Part shown: positions 1-12,760 of the stretch, piece by piece
How the letters are laid out: each line of letters begins with the position of its first letter
Position numbering within the stretch: the first letter of the stretch is position 1
Assembly: GCA_964188305.1 (NCBI GenBank)
Contig: OZ076889.1
Direction: 5' to 3' (one strand)
DNA length: 64,000 bases
Origin: Podarcis bocagei
Taxonomy: Eukaryota
Made by a program: the position numbers and the translations under genes
Notes under the pieces: generated by a model
What the model saw: the letters and a program-made list of their open reading frames with translations, nothing else
Told to the model about the DNA's origin: nothing
Database searches by the model: none

Positions 1-330
1 AAAGCCTCTTAGCTGTGCAAAATAGCTCTTTGAAAGGGGCTTCTGAAAATCCAACAGCCAGCTGATTCAGATCTTCAAAAGGCCCTTTCAAAGTGCTTTG
101 CAAAATAGCATTTTGAGAGAGGTTTCTGAAGATGTCTTCCAAATACCATTTCAAAGTGCTATCTTGCCCAGCTCTTTGAAACAGGCTTCTGACATTCAAC
201 TGATTTGAACCTATCTGGTAACTGGGTAATGGTATTTATTACCTCAGAGATTCAAGAAAACAGAAGCTTGAGGGGGAAAGGCTCCTATTGGTATATTTAA
301 TAGTGCTTTGCAAAATTATTTTTCCTGCAG

Positions 331-468
331 AGGAACTTTATTCAGCCTGGGAAAAGGCCGCTGTCTTTCTTGCTACCCACTGTTGTCCGGCCATCAGAAG
401 GGATGTGTGGGACTTACCTTTGTTTGGGAGCCAATGGTGGCGACAAAGCTTTGAGCAGCATAACACAG
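331..468 (+). CDS. GGT7: GGT7 coding exon (third from last), light-chain region
   Basis: cctgcag|AGG...ACACAG|gtcagt; 138 nt, phase 0-0; RNFIQPGKRPLSFLLPTVVRPSEGMCGTYLCLGANGGDKALSSITQ resembles the GGT7 QPGKRPLSFLLPTVVRP motif. Confidence 0.93.
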
Positions 469-833
469 GTCAGTCTTCTGAGCACTGATGGATGCTTGCA
501 ATATAATATCCTTTCTTACCAGGAGACAGGACTGGGTTTCCAGGACCAGCCCTGCCAGGGGCAGGTGGTGGGGAGGGGATAGATGAAGGCAAGAACAAAT
601 GTCTGAGTTGATGCAAAAATGCTTTTAAAAAACACTGACCTGTGTGTTTGCATGTGGTATAGGCGCCATCTAGATTCTGCTTCTGACAGTAAAATGCCTT
701 GGGATGGCACTACAGTTCTTTTGGGCCCAGCTTTTACTGAAGTCGTAAACTGGCTTTGAACTGTGAAAAGTGGTTCAAACTGTGCTACTTAATACCGTCA
801 CTCATAATATGTGACCACCATATTAGTCTTAAG

Positions 834-970
834 CAGGGCTTTTTTTTCAGCTGGAATTCGCTGGAACTCAGTTCTGGCACCTCTCAGATGGGTGCCATTG
901 CCATTATAAGAGAACAAGGGAGGTGTTCGTGGTGAATTCTGGCACCTCCTTCTCTAGAAAAATAGCACTG
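834..970. mobile_element. Non-autonomous hAT-type MITE
   Basis: Ends CAGGGCT.../...AGCACTG; perfect 8-bp TSD GTCTTAAG at 826-833 and 971-978. Confidence 0.8.
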
Positions 971-1463
971 GTCTTAAGGGCTTTGACTGCATAGAAGTAC
1001 TTATCTTTTTTGGGGAGAGGGAATAAGTTCATAGTGGATGCATAAGTGGAGGGTGTGATCATGACTATAATGCCATCTCTTCAGCATAGCTGGACTCCCA
1101 GACATTGGAGGACAGGTTTGCAGAATGGTTGGCCCCTGTGAGAACAGGATGCTGGACAAGATGGGTCATTGGTCTGATACAGCAGGCTCTTCTTATATTC
1201 TTGAATGATCATTTGGTGCAGACACCAATACTGTGATCCATACACCCTGTTTCTTCTAGTGTACAGATCACATAACTGATGCATACATAGGTAGAGGTCC
1301 AGAAGCATAAGCCACTATGCAGACATACCCACAAACAGGTGGAAGGCAGGTGTGTCAGCCATGCTCCTGCACCTTCACTTTGAGTATCTGAACAAGACTC
1401 AAGATTCCATCACAAACAATTCATCAAAAACCTTAGCATCTGCTTCGTCTGATCTTTTAACAG

Positions 1464-1563
1464 GTTTTAGTAAACGTTTTGACCTACAACAAGAACCTGA
1501 GTGAGAGTCTTTCGCTAGGCCGGCTTCATCCTCAACTTCAGTCTAATATCCTGGAAGTTGACA
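1464..1563 (+). CDS. GGT7: GGT7 penultimate coding exon
   Basis: ttttaacag|GTT...GACA|gtaagt; 100 nt; VLVNVLTYNKNLSESLSLGRLHPQLQSNILEVD; in frame with both neighbouring exons. Confidence 0.93.
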
Positions 1564-1887
1564 GTAAGTATGGATCACTGATCTTTGAAGTCTGGACTTC
1601 TATTATTTCACTTCTGTGATTTCAGACACAAGTGAAACAGGGTGAGGGTTTCCCCTTGAGACATCTAAGATTACTCTGTAATTTTTCCTGATCTTGACAT
1701 GGTTCGTTGAACCTCATTGTATGGCTGCAGTAAGATGGGAGAATCTTTTTGTATCTGACTACATTGCAGACGCTGAAAAGGAAACTGTATGCCAGTGCTT
1801 TGGTGAAGTGGAAGCAATGTTTCTGCACTTTTGCTTATGTTACCTGCAACATTAGCCACCTTTCCTCTTCTGCAATGTGGGCAGAAC

Positions 1888-2068
1888 GAACCTAGGAATC
1901 TGTCTTATGCAGAGTCAGGCCATTGGTCCATCTAACTTGGAACTGACTGGTAGCGGCTCTCCAGGATTTCAGGCAAAAGACTCTCCCAGCCCTACTTGGA
2001 TATTCCAGGGATTGAGCCTCAGACCCTCTGCAAGCAAAGCAAATGCTTTGCCACTGAGCTATGGCCTT
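1888..2068 (-). mobile_element. tRNA-derived squamate SINE (Squam3-like)
   Basis: Reverse complement begins GGCCATAGCTCAGTGGCAAAGCA (A box) and has the same body and tail as the + copy at 53.6 kb. Confidence 0.7.
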
Positions 2069-2742
2069 TCTGCTGGAAACAGGAAAGAGCTCTTCAGTCT
2101 GCTGCCATGTTTTCCTAAGCATTGATGCAAGAAATTTGGGGGAGATCCAAGCTCTCTTTCATGTTTGTAAAGCACTTTGATCTGCTCTCCAACAGCAGAA
2201 AGGCAGATACAATCAACAGAGGAAAAAGGGAAGGTATTTTCCTCCCCATCATGGCACTTGGGTGCTAAATGGAGGTGGAAAAGAAAATGCGTTTCATTAG
2301 TCAGTGCTGTTGCAACTAGTAAATAGGGCAGTGACTGCCCCCTCCCCCTGCAAAAACTTGACAGGCCAGATCAGAATCATGGGCTGGTGTTTGACCACCC
2401 CTAACTGTATGGTCAAGGGAGTCAAATGCATATTTATTGTGCCATTTTCCTATTATTTAGCTTAGGTACCTAAGCAACTTTTCTCTTCCCTTATTAATAC
2501 ACCAAGCCCTGCAACTCTTTTAAAGCACTTGTGCCTTGATCCTACAGGTAGGAAATGTGAACATGTTGACACAGATGTTCTACATACACAAGACTGCACA
2601 TGATTCCTCTGCATAAGGGGGGAAAGGGGGGGTCCAGGGATCTGCCTTCCTTGTGTACCAGTTGGCACATGCATCAGCACCTTGATGGGGACTGCTGCCA
2701 ACCCTTTCAATAAAACTAATCTTTTCTAAAATTCTCCACCAG

Positions 2743-2906
2743 GTGAGTTTCCTGAAGAAGATATCAAGTACTTTACAAGCAGGGGTCAGCCGGTGAGCAA
2801 AATTGAGGTCCTTTCTCTCGTTCACGGAGCCAGAAGAACCAACAATTTCATAATTGGTGTGAAAGACCCAAGAAGTGAGGATGCAGCAGGAGCCACAATA
2901 TTATAG
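2743..2906 (+). CDS. GGT7: GGT7 last coding exon
   Basis: ctccaccag|GT GAG...TTA TAG; (S)EFPEEDIKYFTSRGQPVSKIEVLSLVHGARRTNNFIIGVKDPRSEDAAGATIL*; C-terminus DPRSxDAAGATIL is typical of GGT7; GGT7 lies upstream of NCOA6 in mammals. Confidence 0.95.
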
Positions 2907-3598
2907 CAACTCCCAGATGGGTTTGTTCATGAAATAAGGCTTTTTCCAAAACACATTGTGCATGTTCCCAAACAGTCCCTTTATCATTCCCCCTGAAGCG
3001 GAACAAACAGTGTTTGTTATTGGTTTCTCCATTGCTGAATAGACCCCTCTGCACTTCTATGCTAAAACCAATGCAGCAATGAAGGCTGACAAAGGCACAA
3101 TACAGACCTTAGTTTTTTTGTTGTTTTGTTTTGTTCTTATGAACTTGAGTTAAAAGAATCTCAGGCATTATTATAATATGAGCACAGGGAATAGGTTTAA
3201 TTTCAGCAGCACCCTGTCAATGGTTGATTCCAGCCATTTAATGCACAGAGAGATATTTCTAAACTAAGCACTGGGAACATTCAGGAAGCAAACCACTGGT
3301 TGTGTACAAATGTGCTGTTCTGAGAGCAGTGGTGGCAGGTTCCTTCCTCTGTAAATACACATACTTCTGTTTTGAGACAAGTTCTCTAAAAAGGCAAAGA
3401 AAGAATCACAGTTTCACAGGTTTGAGTCTGAATGGGATGAATGAGAAAAATCTTATCTGTGGCGGGTGCCTATTGGCTAATATATGTGACATCATTAGCT
3501 CCATCTCCTCCAATCTCTCGAACAGTTCTGCAGTTTAAAATAATGTTTTCTGTCCCTCTCTCCCCCTTGTAAGGCAAGGATAAACACAGAGAGATATA

Positions 3599-3625
3599 AG
3601 TGTGTGTGTGTGTGTGTGTGTGTGT
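3599..3625. repeat. (TG)n microsatellite
   Basis: Uninterrupted TG run. Confidence 0.95.
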
Positions 3626-4695
3626 ACAGGCTGCTTTTTTAAAAAAGTGGATAGGCTGCCTGACTCATTTAAAAAAGGCTAAACAGTGGCTGATCCAGCA
3701 TTTTACCTCCCAATATGTATATTTGTCATGGATGTTTCAGCTTCACTGTGTGCTAGGGCCACACATACTGGTTTGAGTGCTCTTGAAATGGTACCTTTGT
3801 GTCCAGTGCATTTATTTCTGATACTGTACTAGTCAACTCTGAATGATTCCTTCTCAGGTAAATGAATACAGAATAGGAACAATGGATTAGGTTAGCCCCA
3901 GGCATTCTCAAATGTTCCCTGTGAGTCAAATGATTTGTACCAGCATACATGTTCTAATAGGATATTGGCTCCTCTGCACATATTAATGAAAGATTTTATA
4001 ATTCTGATTTTGCCTCTCTGCCCCAATGGTGTCCTCTTGGTGGCATCAGTGCTATGGTATTTTGCCAGTTCTTTCAACAAGTTGCAGGTTCCCCCTGTTG
4101 TGTTTTGACACAATACATTTATGTAGTTCAACTTTGGATCTGGATTATAATGCTATGTACATCTATACTGGGGGAAAAGCTGAGCTTCACTTTTCTCGTG
4201 CTACTGTCCAAAGTAGCTCTACCAGTGAAATAACATTGCAAATTTTAATGCAGAAAGAACTCAGGCAGATTCAGTGTAATCGTCTACTGAATAATTTAAC
4301 TGAAATCTTGGCTTTCCATAGTGCTGCAGTTCCATTTCAGCTTATTGTTGCATTTCTTGGGCAAAACCACAGCAATCCAATCATAAAGCAAGGCCCAACA
4401 TAACCAAAATAAAGAAAAAGGCCATCCTTTCTCACCTAAATGTTATATTAACTGTAATTTTCAAATCATTAGCTTTGAAAAACAATTGGCAAAACATGGG
4501 GGTGAGGAGACCCGTCCCCCCAAGCAGAAGATTTAGGCTCATATGCATTCATATTCACTGTCTCTTCCTTGGCCCAGGGTACTCGTTTCTTTCTTAATCT
4601 ACGCTGAAAATACAGATAATAAAACTAGATCAAGACATTGCATATTACTCTCCCCCCCCACTGTCGTTCTCAAATGTAAACTAAAAACAAAAATA

Positions 4696-4948
4696 CAGTG
4701 GTGCCTCGCAAGATGAAAATAATTCGTTCCGCGAGTCTTTTCGTCTTGCGATGTTTTTCGTCTTGCGAAGCACGGTCCGTCGCAACTGCGCCTCTTCAAG
4801 CGGCTTTAAGAAAAAAGTGCAAGACGTTTTCATCTTGCGAAGCAAGCCCATAGGGAAATTCGTCTAGCGAAGCAACGCAAAACCGAAAAACCCTTTCGTC
4901 TAGCGAGTTTTTCGTCTTGCGAGGCATTCGTCTTGCGGGGCACCACTG
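4696..4948. mobile_element. Tc1/mariner/pogo-type MITE, internally deleted copy in opposite orientation to the 34.8 and 52.0 kb copies
   Basis: TIR CAGTGGTGCCTCGCAAGA / TCTTGCGGGGCACCACTG, TA on both flanks, internal repeats of CGCAAGACGAA. Confidence 0.88.
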
Positions 4949-6546
4949 TATTAAGACAGTTCATATTAATGCATTTTGAGGCTTGGCTGTAAATACTAAC
5001 GGGGCAGGAGAAATATTGTAAGTTCTAATCTTAATCGACTTGTAGCTGACTTCTTGCCAAGTTTATCTCACTTCCCTTCATAAATTCAAAGTGGAGTTTT
5101 TTTGTAAACAGATATGACCCACCTGCTCAGCTCTTGCAAAGTCTACCCTGTTCATCTGAATTGCCAACAACATTGTCTACAAAGTGCTAAAGAGATACAA
5201 AGAAAGTGTTTCACTGAAATGCGATAGAATCCAGGACAAAAACAAAGTTCTAGGCAATAAAAAGGTACACCATCAATAGAAATGTAGTTTATGCATAACA
5301 CTGAAAGTCTCCTACCCAAGTGATTCCGTTGGTGTCAAGGAGGATGTACCCAAAGTTACTTTTACACATCCTCCAAATCAGTCTGTCTTAGGCTGATTTA
5401 TGACGCAGAAGAACAACTGCTGCTTATTGAAACTAGAGACAAATACACAAACAGACATGGGCAAGTGTTCCAGATTATTTCTAGACATGGGTGCTGACAC
5501 ACTCAGTTCATTATGTCAGAAATCATTCAAGAGGACCTCACATCGGGAGCACTTTGAGATATGTACAAATATTTCAGTTCTCTGTGTAGATGATAGTGGG
5601 TACATCAGAACAACTCTCTTGATGTGAAATAGACAGTCAGTGAACACATGGAGGCAGGGCGCATGCCACAGCAGCGCATTCTGCCCTCAGCTTCCACATG
5701 TTCAGTGGAAGGTATGCACAGGGAGCCCTACATGTTGGGAGCTGAATTTGTGTGGGTTCTGTCTGCCTGATGTGGGAGCCTGGACCCCTGAGTGTACTGA
5801 CAGAGCCAATGTGTGTACAGCTGCAGGCACAGCTTCAGCTAAAAAATGTGCACATTGGTGGAGTGAACGGAATAAATGATCCCACCCACCACCATGTATT
5901 CACTGATTGCATGAAGGCCTCTTCTGAATGTGAAAGCAAACTCACAGTTCTACACCATATAAATCACAGAAAAAACTCTGCTTCTGGCTCCATTAATAAA
6001 TAAAAATTATATCAGCGTACAGAATCCTTCCACTAAGCTTTTGAACAACTTCCCTCCCTAACAAAATGTAATTTCACAGCACTTGACGTATTAAATGCAC
6101 ACCCACAAAAATATCTCCCCTATACTGATTTCACATTAAATTAAAGTGCATAACTTTTATTGCTTTCCCCCATCATATTATTGTACCTATGGCTACTGTA
6201 CATATTCTGTATGTATATCTGCTAATAGCTGTGCTGGTGCTCCAGATCTTATATCCCATGAACTGGAATTGAATGAATACTGTCTTGTTCATGTGCACAT
6301 TTACATGACAGAAAGCCAACTTAATACGAAGAATGGCCCCTCCTACTGTTGGAGGTATAAATGAACAAACACACTGCAGAAGCCATCACTGCTTTATGCT
6401 TGAATGTTAACTGTCCTTTGATGACCTCAATGTAGTTTACAATCATTCACTAGTTAAGGGCTCATTTGGTTGTTCTGTTGTAAGTCGCTAAACGGCCTAC
6501 GTGAGATTTTTGAATGTTTGTATGACAACATCAACCAAGCTGCAAG

Positions 6547-6947
6547 CAGTGTAGTGTGGGTTGCCAGCTTCCGGGGAAAGGCAAGTATTGTGCCCCCTCC
6601 TGAGAAAGAGGAAAAAACCCCAGAACACATAAATGCATACCCCACGTGAAGTTCAGGAGTTGTGGTGCTTCTCCGGCAAAAGCGCATGCAGCCTTTTCTA
6701 GCCATAGTGGAGAGGGGTGGCTGGAGGGTGTGGGGAGAGGAGGGGTTGGGGGGAAGCAGTGACCTGCCTCCACAAGAGGGTGCAAGAAGAGGAAATAATA
6801 AAATGAGGGGATTCCATCCATACCACCTTAAACACTGCAATTCAGCAGCTTCAAGGCCTTGGGCGAGTGAGGAGCAGAAATTTTGCACCCCTAAGAATTC
6901 TGCGCATGGGGCAACAGCCCCTGTGGCACCCCCACGCTACGCCACTG
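6547..6947. mobile_element. hAT-type MITE
   Basis: Ends CAGTGTAGTGTGGG / CCCACGCTACGCCACTG; TSD GCTGCAAG/GCTGCATG (7/8). Confidence 0.7.
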
Positions 6948-9900
6948 GCTGCATGTACCAACATATGCTTACAGTCTGCCTTACGTATCAAAGTCCAGGG
7001 CCAGTCCATGAATGAGGCAAAGTGAGGGTGCAGGATTCACAGAGGCAGCAGATCCCAATGTCAGTCTCCCCCCTCCCCTTGTTCCTGATGTAGATCTTTC
7101 CTCACCCCTTCCTCCCTGGTGGGGAGGGCAGATCTGCCATTTTGGGGTCCTCTTCAGGTGCTAGGATAGAGTGATTCAGATGAAGCAGTGGGGCTGTACA
7201 AAGTGAGAGTCAGTATTGGACATAGATAATGGAGTCTTCACCCGGCTACTGTCCCTGAGTGTCGTTCACTTTTCTTCAGGGAAAGGGTAGGGCTCCATTT
7301 GGGAACAGCTGTCTGGTGAGGGCAAAACTGAGAGCCGAGCCTCCAATATCAGGAGAGCAAGGTCCAGTGCATCTTAGTGTATAGAGTACATAGAAACTGA
7401 TTTTGTACAGATTTTTAGAGATCCCTGATACTGTATAGGGATCCTTCCTCCATATACACTTGCCTGTCCTAATGACATTTTGTTAAATTTCTTATTAAAC
7501 TGGAATGAGCAACTGGCATATTTGTTCTTCCTCATGGGAACAGAAGTGGATTTTAGGGGGGCTAAGAAGAGAAAAATTAGAAACTTGTCCATGAATACAA
7601 AGCCATAGAAGATAGTCAGAAGTTTTACAATGGATCTTTTAGAGCTATTTCCACATATACGTGTTAACACTTATGTGGATTTCTGCAGCGAGGGAAGATA
7701 AGATGAACTGAAGGGATATATCCATATTTTTGCTCTGAGGAGGCAACATACTGCACACAGAGTGCACATGTACACACTGAGACACACACTTACACTCACA
7801 CAGAGGTTTACCATAACACTACAAGGTTCAGAAAGTAGGATGAGCTGTGCTTGCAAAGGAGCAATCATAGCCTTAGAATGCATTTCAATTGTTTCTTAGC
7901 AAGCACAGTTTGCATTCGGCACTAAATTTGGTACCAAATGTAAGCTGAGCTGTTTTCTGCTGGGGTTGGATCTACCTGACATCCTATGACATCAGGTTGG
8001 TATCTCTGCCCACCTGTCAAATGTGGCACAATCTGATCCAGCTTTCTGGCCAAGTATGGTTCCTCGTGTTAACTGTCCCCTTCCCAGCTGTGACAATCAG
8101 TTTCCTTCATTGAATTAGACTCAAAAGGAGCCTTCTCTTGTAGCTGTGGCACCTCTAAATGCTGTCATCACCCCTGCACCCAAATTAGGTTTGAAGACAG
8201 CCTTCTTTTCCTACAAGAGAAAGGTGATGGTGCGGGGGGGGGGCGAAAGCTGTGGGTGCTGAGGAAGGCCTCACTTGGTACATGTACGCCTGTAGGTTGG
8301 TGACCCCAAGTCAAGATGAGCTCACAGAGCTGCAACCCTATACAAGCTAGGGGTGTGCAGATGATTTAGATGAATCCTATATCTTGAAGTGAAGTGGAAT
8401 ACTTTGGACAGATTCAGGGCTTGTCTTAAGCTGACTCTTTCCAAACTGAGATTTGGAGCCAAACTGAATCAGGCCACCTCCAAAGTGCTTTGGATCTAAC
8501 TGGACAGTTTTCTTAAGTATCAGATTGGGGTTCTTCTGAATTTTTGGTCAATGCTTGTTCCTTATATACATTTACCTGGCAGTAAGGGGCACTGAATTTA
8601 ATGAGGGCTTACTTCTGAGTAAGAATGCATAGGACTGCACTGTAAATTGGAGAGGTTAGAACAAGGGTGCAAAACAAGTGACCCTCCAGATGTTCTGCTC
8701 CACCTTCCATCAGTCTCAACTAAGTTGGCCAATGGACAGGAATGATGGAAGTTTTAAGTTCAGTAACATCTAGAAGACCACAACTTTCCCAAGTGAAGAG
8801 AGAGCATTTAATGATCTGCTCAGTGCCTGCTTAAGGGTGAAACAAGGATTCAAAACTGAATTCATTATGGTGTGTATGCTATAGCACTGGGATAAGGCAG
8901 TTATTTAAGTTAATCAGTGGGGGGAAGGATGTGATATCATATATAAGATATAAAATAGTGAATGTTATCCTTTCAGACACTGGTCCTCAGTTGTGTGCAG
9001 TCACTCTACTGTAGCTCTGTTCCAGCAATAGGGATCCCTTTCTAGATCACCTACTGCAGGAGGGTACTAAAGAACTGGACTCTCCTTTTCTAATCTGTGA
9101 CTGCCTGCATATTGTTTTAGTGTCTTTCTAAGCAAATTGTAGTGTGATGTGTTAGATTGATCAACATATGGATTGTAAAGAGCAAAATACTCAGTGGACT
9201 CCCTCACCTATATTCTAGGCACTGAGCAAAATGTCTGAAGCACCATCTAAACTTACTTTGTTGCTGGGAACCAAAATGCTTAAAGTTTAATTTTACCAGA
9301 AGGTAAATTGCAAGAAGAGGGATTTTTTAAAAAAACACAATGTATACTTTGAAAAACAGAGTTCATGAATACAAATTGTAAAGTTAACATGTTTACTTTA
9401 TAGCATCATTTTTATTTTGAAACAAGTAACACAAAATGCATTGTTATCACAACTGTGACTTTGGTTGTACAGACAAGAAATATGTTCATGCATTTTCCCA
9501 CCAATAACAAAAAGGCAGAAATAAAAACACTTTTCTTTTTGTATTATATGCTCAAAGGTATTGAATCCTCTTTAGCTTTTCTCTTACTACAGCTATAGTT
9601 TTGAAACCCATTGCTCACATGATTAAGCTACTATAATTCATTGGCGTTACGTGTGTGTGATAATTTTAAAGACTAAATATGTTCTAAGGGTTCCCTCAAC
9701 CATTTGGACTTGATTGGGGGAGGGTGTGTGGGGCATGTGGGGAAAGGAGAGGAAGAGTAAGATCCATTGCACAAGTGGGAATCCTTGTGCTTGTGGATCT
9801 AGGAAATTGGTGTTCAGCCAGTGGGTTGGGACCCACTACTGGGTCATGGCCTGATCCAAAGTGGGTCACAACAGGAGCACTACCACCATGTAAATATATG

Positions 9901-10594
9901 GTAAAAGATTAAGAGATAGGTCCCCAAAAGCATGTTTGGGTTGAAAGTGCATTCTGGGTCTGAAAAGACTGAAAACAGGTCATCTCTGTAATGGGATGCA
10001 ACAGAATACATTCCAAATACAGTGGTACCTTGGGTTACATACGCTTCAGGTTACATATGCTTTTTTGCAGCTTTGCCACTCCAGTCCCAGTCATTTGGCA
10101 CATAAGAACAGGAGCAAGGCTAATACTAGTAAATCACTTGGGTTGCGGTCACCACTTTAGCGTGTGAGGTAATGAGGCCTGCTTATCACCACCAAGAGCA
10201 GAGTCAACATCAAGACTGATTCCCTTTTTTATTTCAGAGTTTTCCAAAATCACCACCCACCCAAGGATATTATGTAGCATAGAAACAAGCAGGTTGAGGC
10301 CTATGCATGTCAAGGTCTGAACCATTGTTTAAATATTTATTTTGTATATTCATAGCCTGTTTTTTGATCCGAAAAATCTACTAGGTTCAGACGAGATTGG
10401 GCATGTAGTATGGCCGTAGACTAGGTGGCTCACAGTTGATTTAAAATCCACAACTTGGCTGGAACTGGAAATGGCTTCAGTCCCCCTGGTAGATTATCTA
10501 CACTGGGAACTAGATACTGGGAGTGGCTCCCTTTTGGCTCTGACCCTCTATTACAGTAGCCCATATTACATATTATTGTAACCCAATAATTACA

Positions 10595-10725
10595 TTTTAT
10601 CCTCAGAACAACCCTGTGAGGTAGGTTAGGCTGAAAGACTGGACTGAAGTCACCTAGCGCATTTCATGCCTGAGCAGAGACCAGGTCCTAGTCCAACACT
10701 TTAACCACTACACCACACTGGCTCA
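10595..10725 (-). mobile_element. CORE/MIR-like SINE fragment
   Basis: ATCCTCAGAACAACCCTGTGAGGTAGGTTAGGCTGA core shared with the 24.1 and 27.8 kb copies. Confidence 0.65.
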
Positions 10726-11156
10726 TAACTGGATCAGCCAAGGTTGGTCTAGTCCAGGATACTGGTTCCAATAGCGGCCAGTTGGAAGGAAGCAAATGAC
10801 GGCTTATACAGGAAATGTTGTATAGAGGCTCATGTTTCCTCATGCTATGATTATGAGAATGGAAAAGGCTGCTGAGATGGGGATTTTATGGAAGAATCAG
10901 AAAACAGAAGCCTGTCTCACCTTGTGCACGTTTATGCATGTTTGCTGGTGTGATTTCTGCAGAGTTCAACCGGGGCTTACTCCCAAGTACTGATTGCACA
11001 CGTTCTCCCCATTTGCACCCACTTCCTCTACTTTTTCTGTTGCCTCCCCTATTTCAAGCAACTATATATTGCTGTTGCAAACGCCTTATGACAAGGCAAA
11101 ATTGTCATTACTCTATAATGCTTGATGCCCATAAACAACACATGGAGCCCATGATG

Positions 11157-11432
11157 CAGACCCTCTAAGTGTCCCTATTTTCCAGGGTCCCAGATTTACA
11201 GAAGCCATCCTGGTTTCTGATTTGATCCTGGAACGTCCTGCTTTTCCTTAGAACGTCCCTATTTTCATTGGAGAAATGTTAGAAAGTATGGACTCGAGCA
11301 CCAAGCCAAGGAGATAAGTACGTAATCATACCTTTAGAAAACATTTGAAGGCAGCCCTGTATAGGGGAGGTTTTTTAATGTTAAATGTTTTATGTTTTCT
11401 ATATATATTGGAAGCCAACAATACTACTAATA

Positions 11433-11478
<46 letters not shown>

Positions 11479-11523
11479 GAATACGACATCCCTATTGTCA
11501 TGGGAGAAATATTGGAGGGTATG
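11157..11523. mobile_element. Non-autonomous DNA transposon carrying an (AAT)n tract
   Basis: TIR CAGACCCTC / GAGGGTATG; flanking direct repeat CATGATG; internal GTCCCTATTTT repeats. Confidence 0.65.
11427..11477. repeat. (AAT)n microsatellite
   Basis: About 14 AAT units. Confidence 0.95.
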
Positions 11524-11799
11524 CATGATGGTGCTGCATACACAACAGCAACACATGTAAGTATGTATTGGACTACTGCCAGACAGGGAAAGCGGTTTAA
11601 TAGCCTGTGACAAAATTTCCCTCTAGGATTAATGTGGGTTAGATTGGATGAACCAAGGGTGGGGGATCCTGAAAGACAACAGCTCCGAGGGGACTGAGCC
11701 ATGGATCCCCTGAAGAGAATCAGGACTGTAGCATAACTGAGGCAAGCGGAGATGGATAAAGCTCTCCTCAGCATCTTTCTTTTTTGAGGAACCTCGTTT

Positions 11800-12760
11800 G
11801 TTACACGGAGGCTTCCTAGCTCTCCGAGGCGGCAAGCAAGGAAGTTGGCTTTAAGAGCGCGCGAGAGGAGAAACAAGTCCATTTCTGTGCTCTTTTTCCG
11901 AGCCGCTGAGATTTGTAAAGTTAACCGAGCCGCTCGAGAGAAGATACTACGGCCGCGCGCGCCAACCGCCCCCCTCCCCAGGAGAAAGCGGGGGAGAGAG
12001 AAAAAAAAAAAATAGAACAGCGCGCTCCCGCCGCCGCCGCCCAAACCGGAGGCGCGTTCCCGGTCCAAGGCGACGCGCGCGCAGCCGGGCCGTCACGTGG
12101 CCTCCCTGAGGAGCAGAGGAGGAGGCGGAGCCGCGGCCGGGCTCGAGGGTCGGTGTCCTGGAGGTTCGGGCTCGCGCTGACCTCTCCCCACCCTCAGCCT
12201 CCGCCCCCCACCACCCCGCCCGCTTCTCCTTTCCCGCCAGGGCAACCGGCGGCGGCGGAAGGAGCGTGGCGGCGTTGTTGCCCGAAGCCGCTGCTTTCTT
12301 TCGGGGGCCGGGAGCGGGCGCGTTAAGCGGGAGCAGCAGCGCCACCAGGTGAACGCGCGCGACCGGATTCCGTGTGGTGTGTGCGTGCGAGGCGGGGCCG
12401 AGCGGGTGGGTTCCCGGCGTGGGGGGGGGTGGTGGTTGCGTGGGGGGGGGGCGGGAGGGCCGAGCGGAGGAGCAGTTGCCCGGCAGCCCCAGCAGGCGCG
12501 AGGGGAGCAGGGCCCGGCTGTGGGAGGGGCTCTGGTGACAGCCGTTGAGAGGGACGGGCCTGGTCAGGGTCGCCCGGGACGAAAGGGGGGGCGGGGCGGG
12601 GGCCTCCCAAGGGCCGTGCGTGGCGACCGGGGAGGCCTGGCACTACCGAGGGCGAGTGACGGACGGTGCCAGGTCTTTGGGAGCAGGGGGAGGATGTGCT
12701 TCAGGAAAAGCAGCGTATTGGCTGAGCCCGGACTTGGGAGGAGGAAAGTGTGTGTGTTGG
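11800..12760 (+). promoter_or_regulatory. NCOA6: CpG island / NCOA6 promoter
   Basis: The only large CpG-rich, GC-rich block in the window; GC boxes; E-box GTCACGTG at 12092-12099; lies upstream of the first coding exon. Confidence 0.88.
12100..12348 (+). other. NCOA6: Probable non-coding exon 1 of NCOA6 (start approximate)
   Basis: Donor CACCAG|gtgaac at 12348/12349 inside the CpG island, followed by G-runs typical of a first intron. Confidence 0.55.

Noticed and set aside
1-200. Degenerate direct and inverted TTTGAAAGGGGCTTCTGA repeats at the window start
   Set aside because: Truncated by the window edge; most likely the interior of an old DNA element in a GGT7 intron
11427-12068. 213-aa minus-strand ORF and other ORFs across the CpG island
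   Set aside because: Stop-poor GC-rich sequence; runs into an (AAT)n poly-Ile tract within a MITE; no recognisable domain
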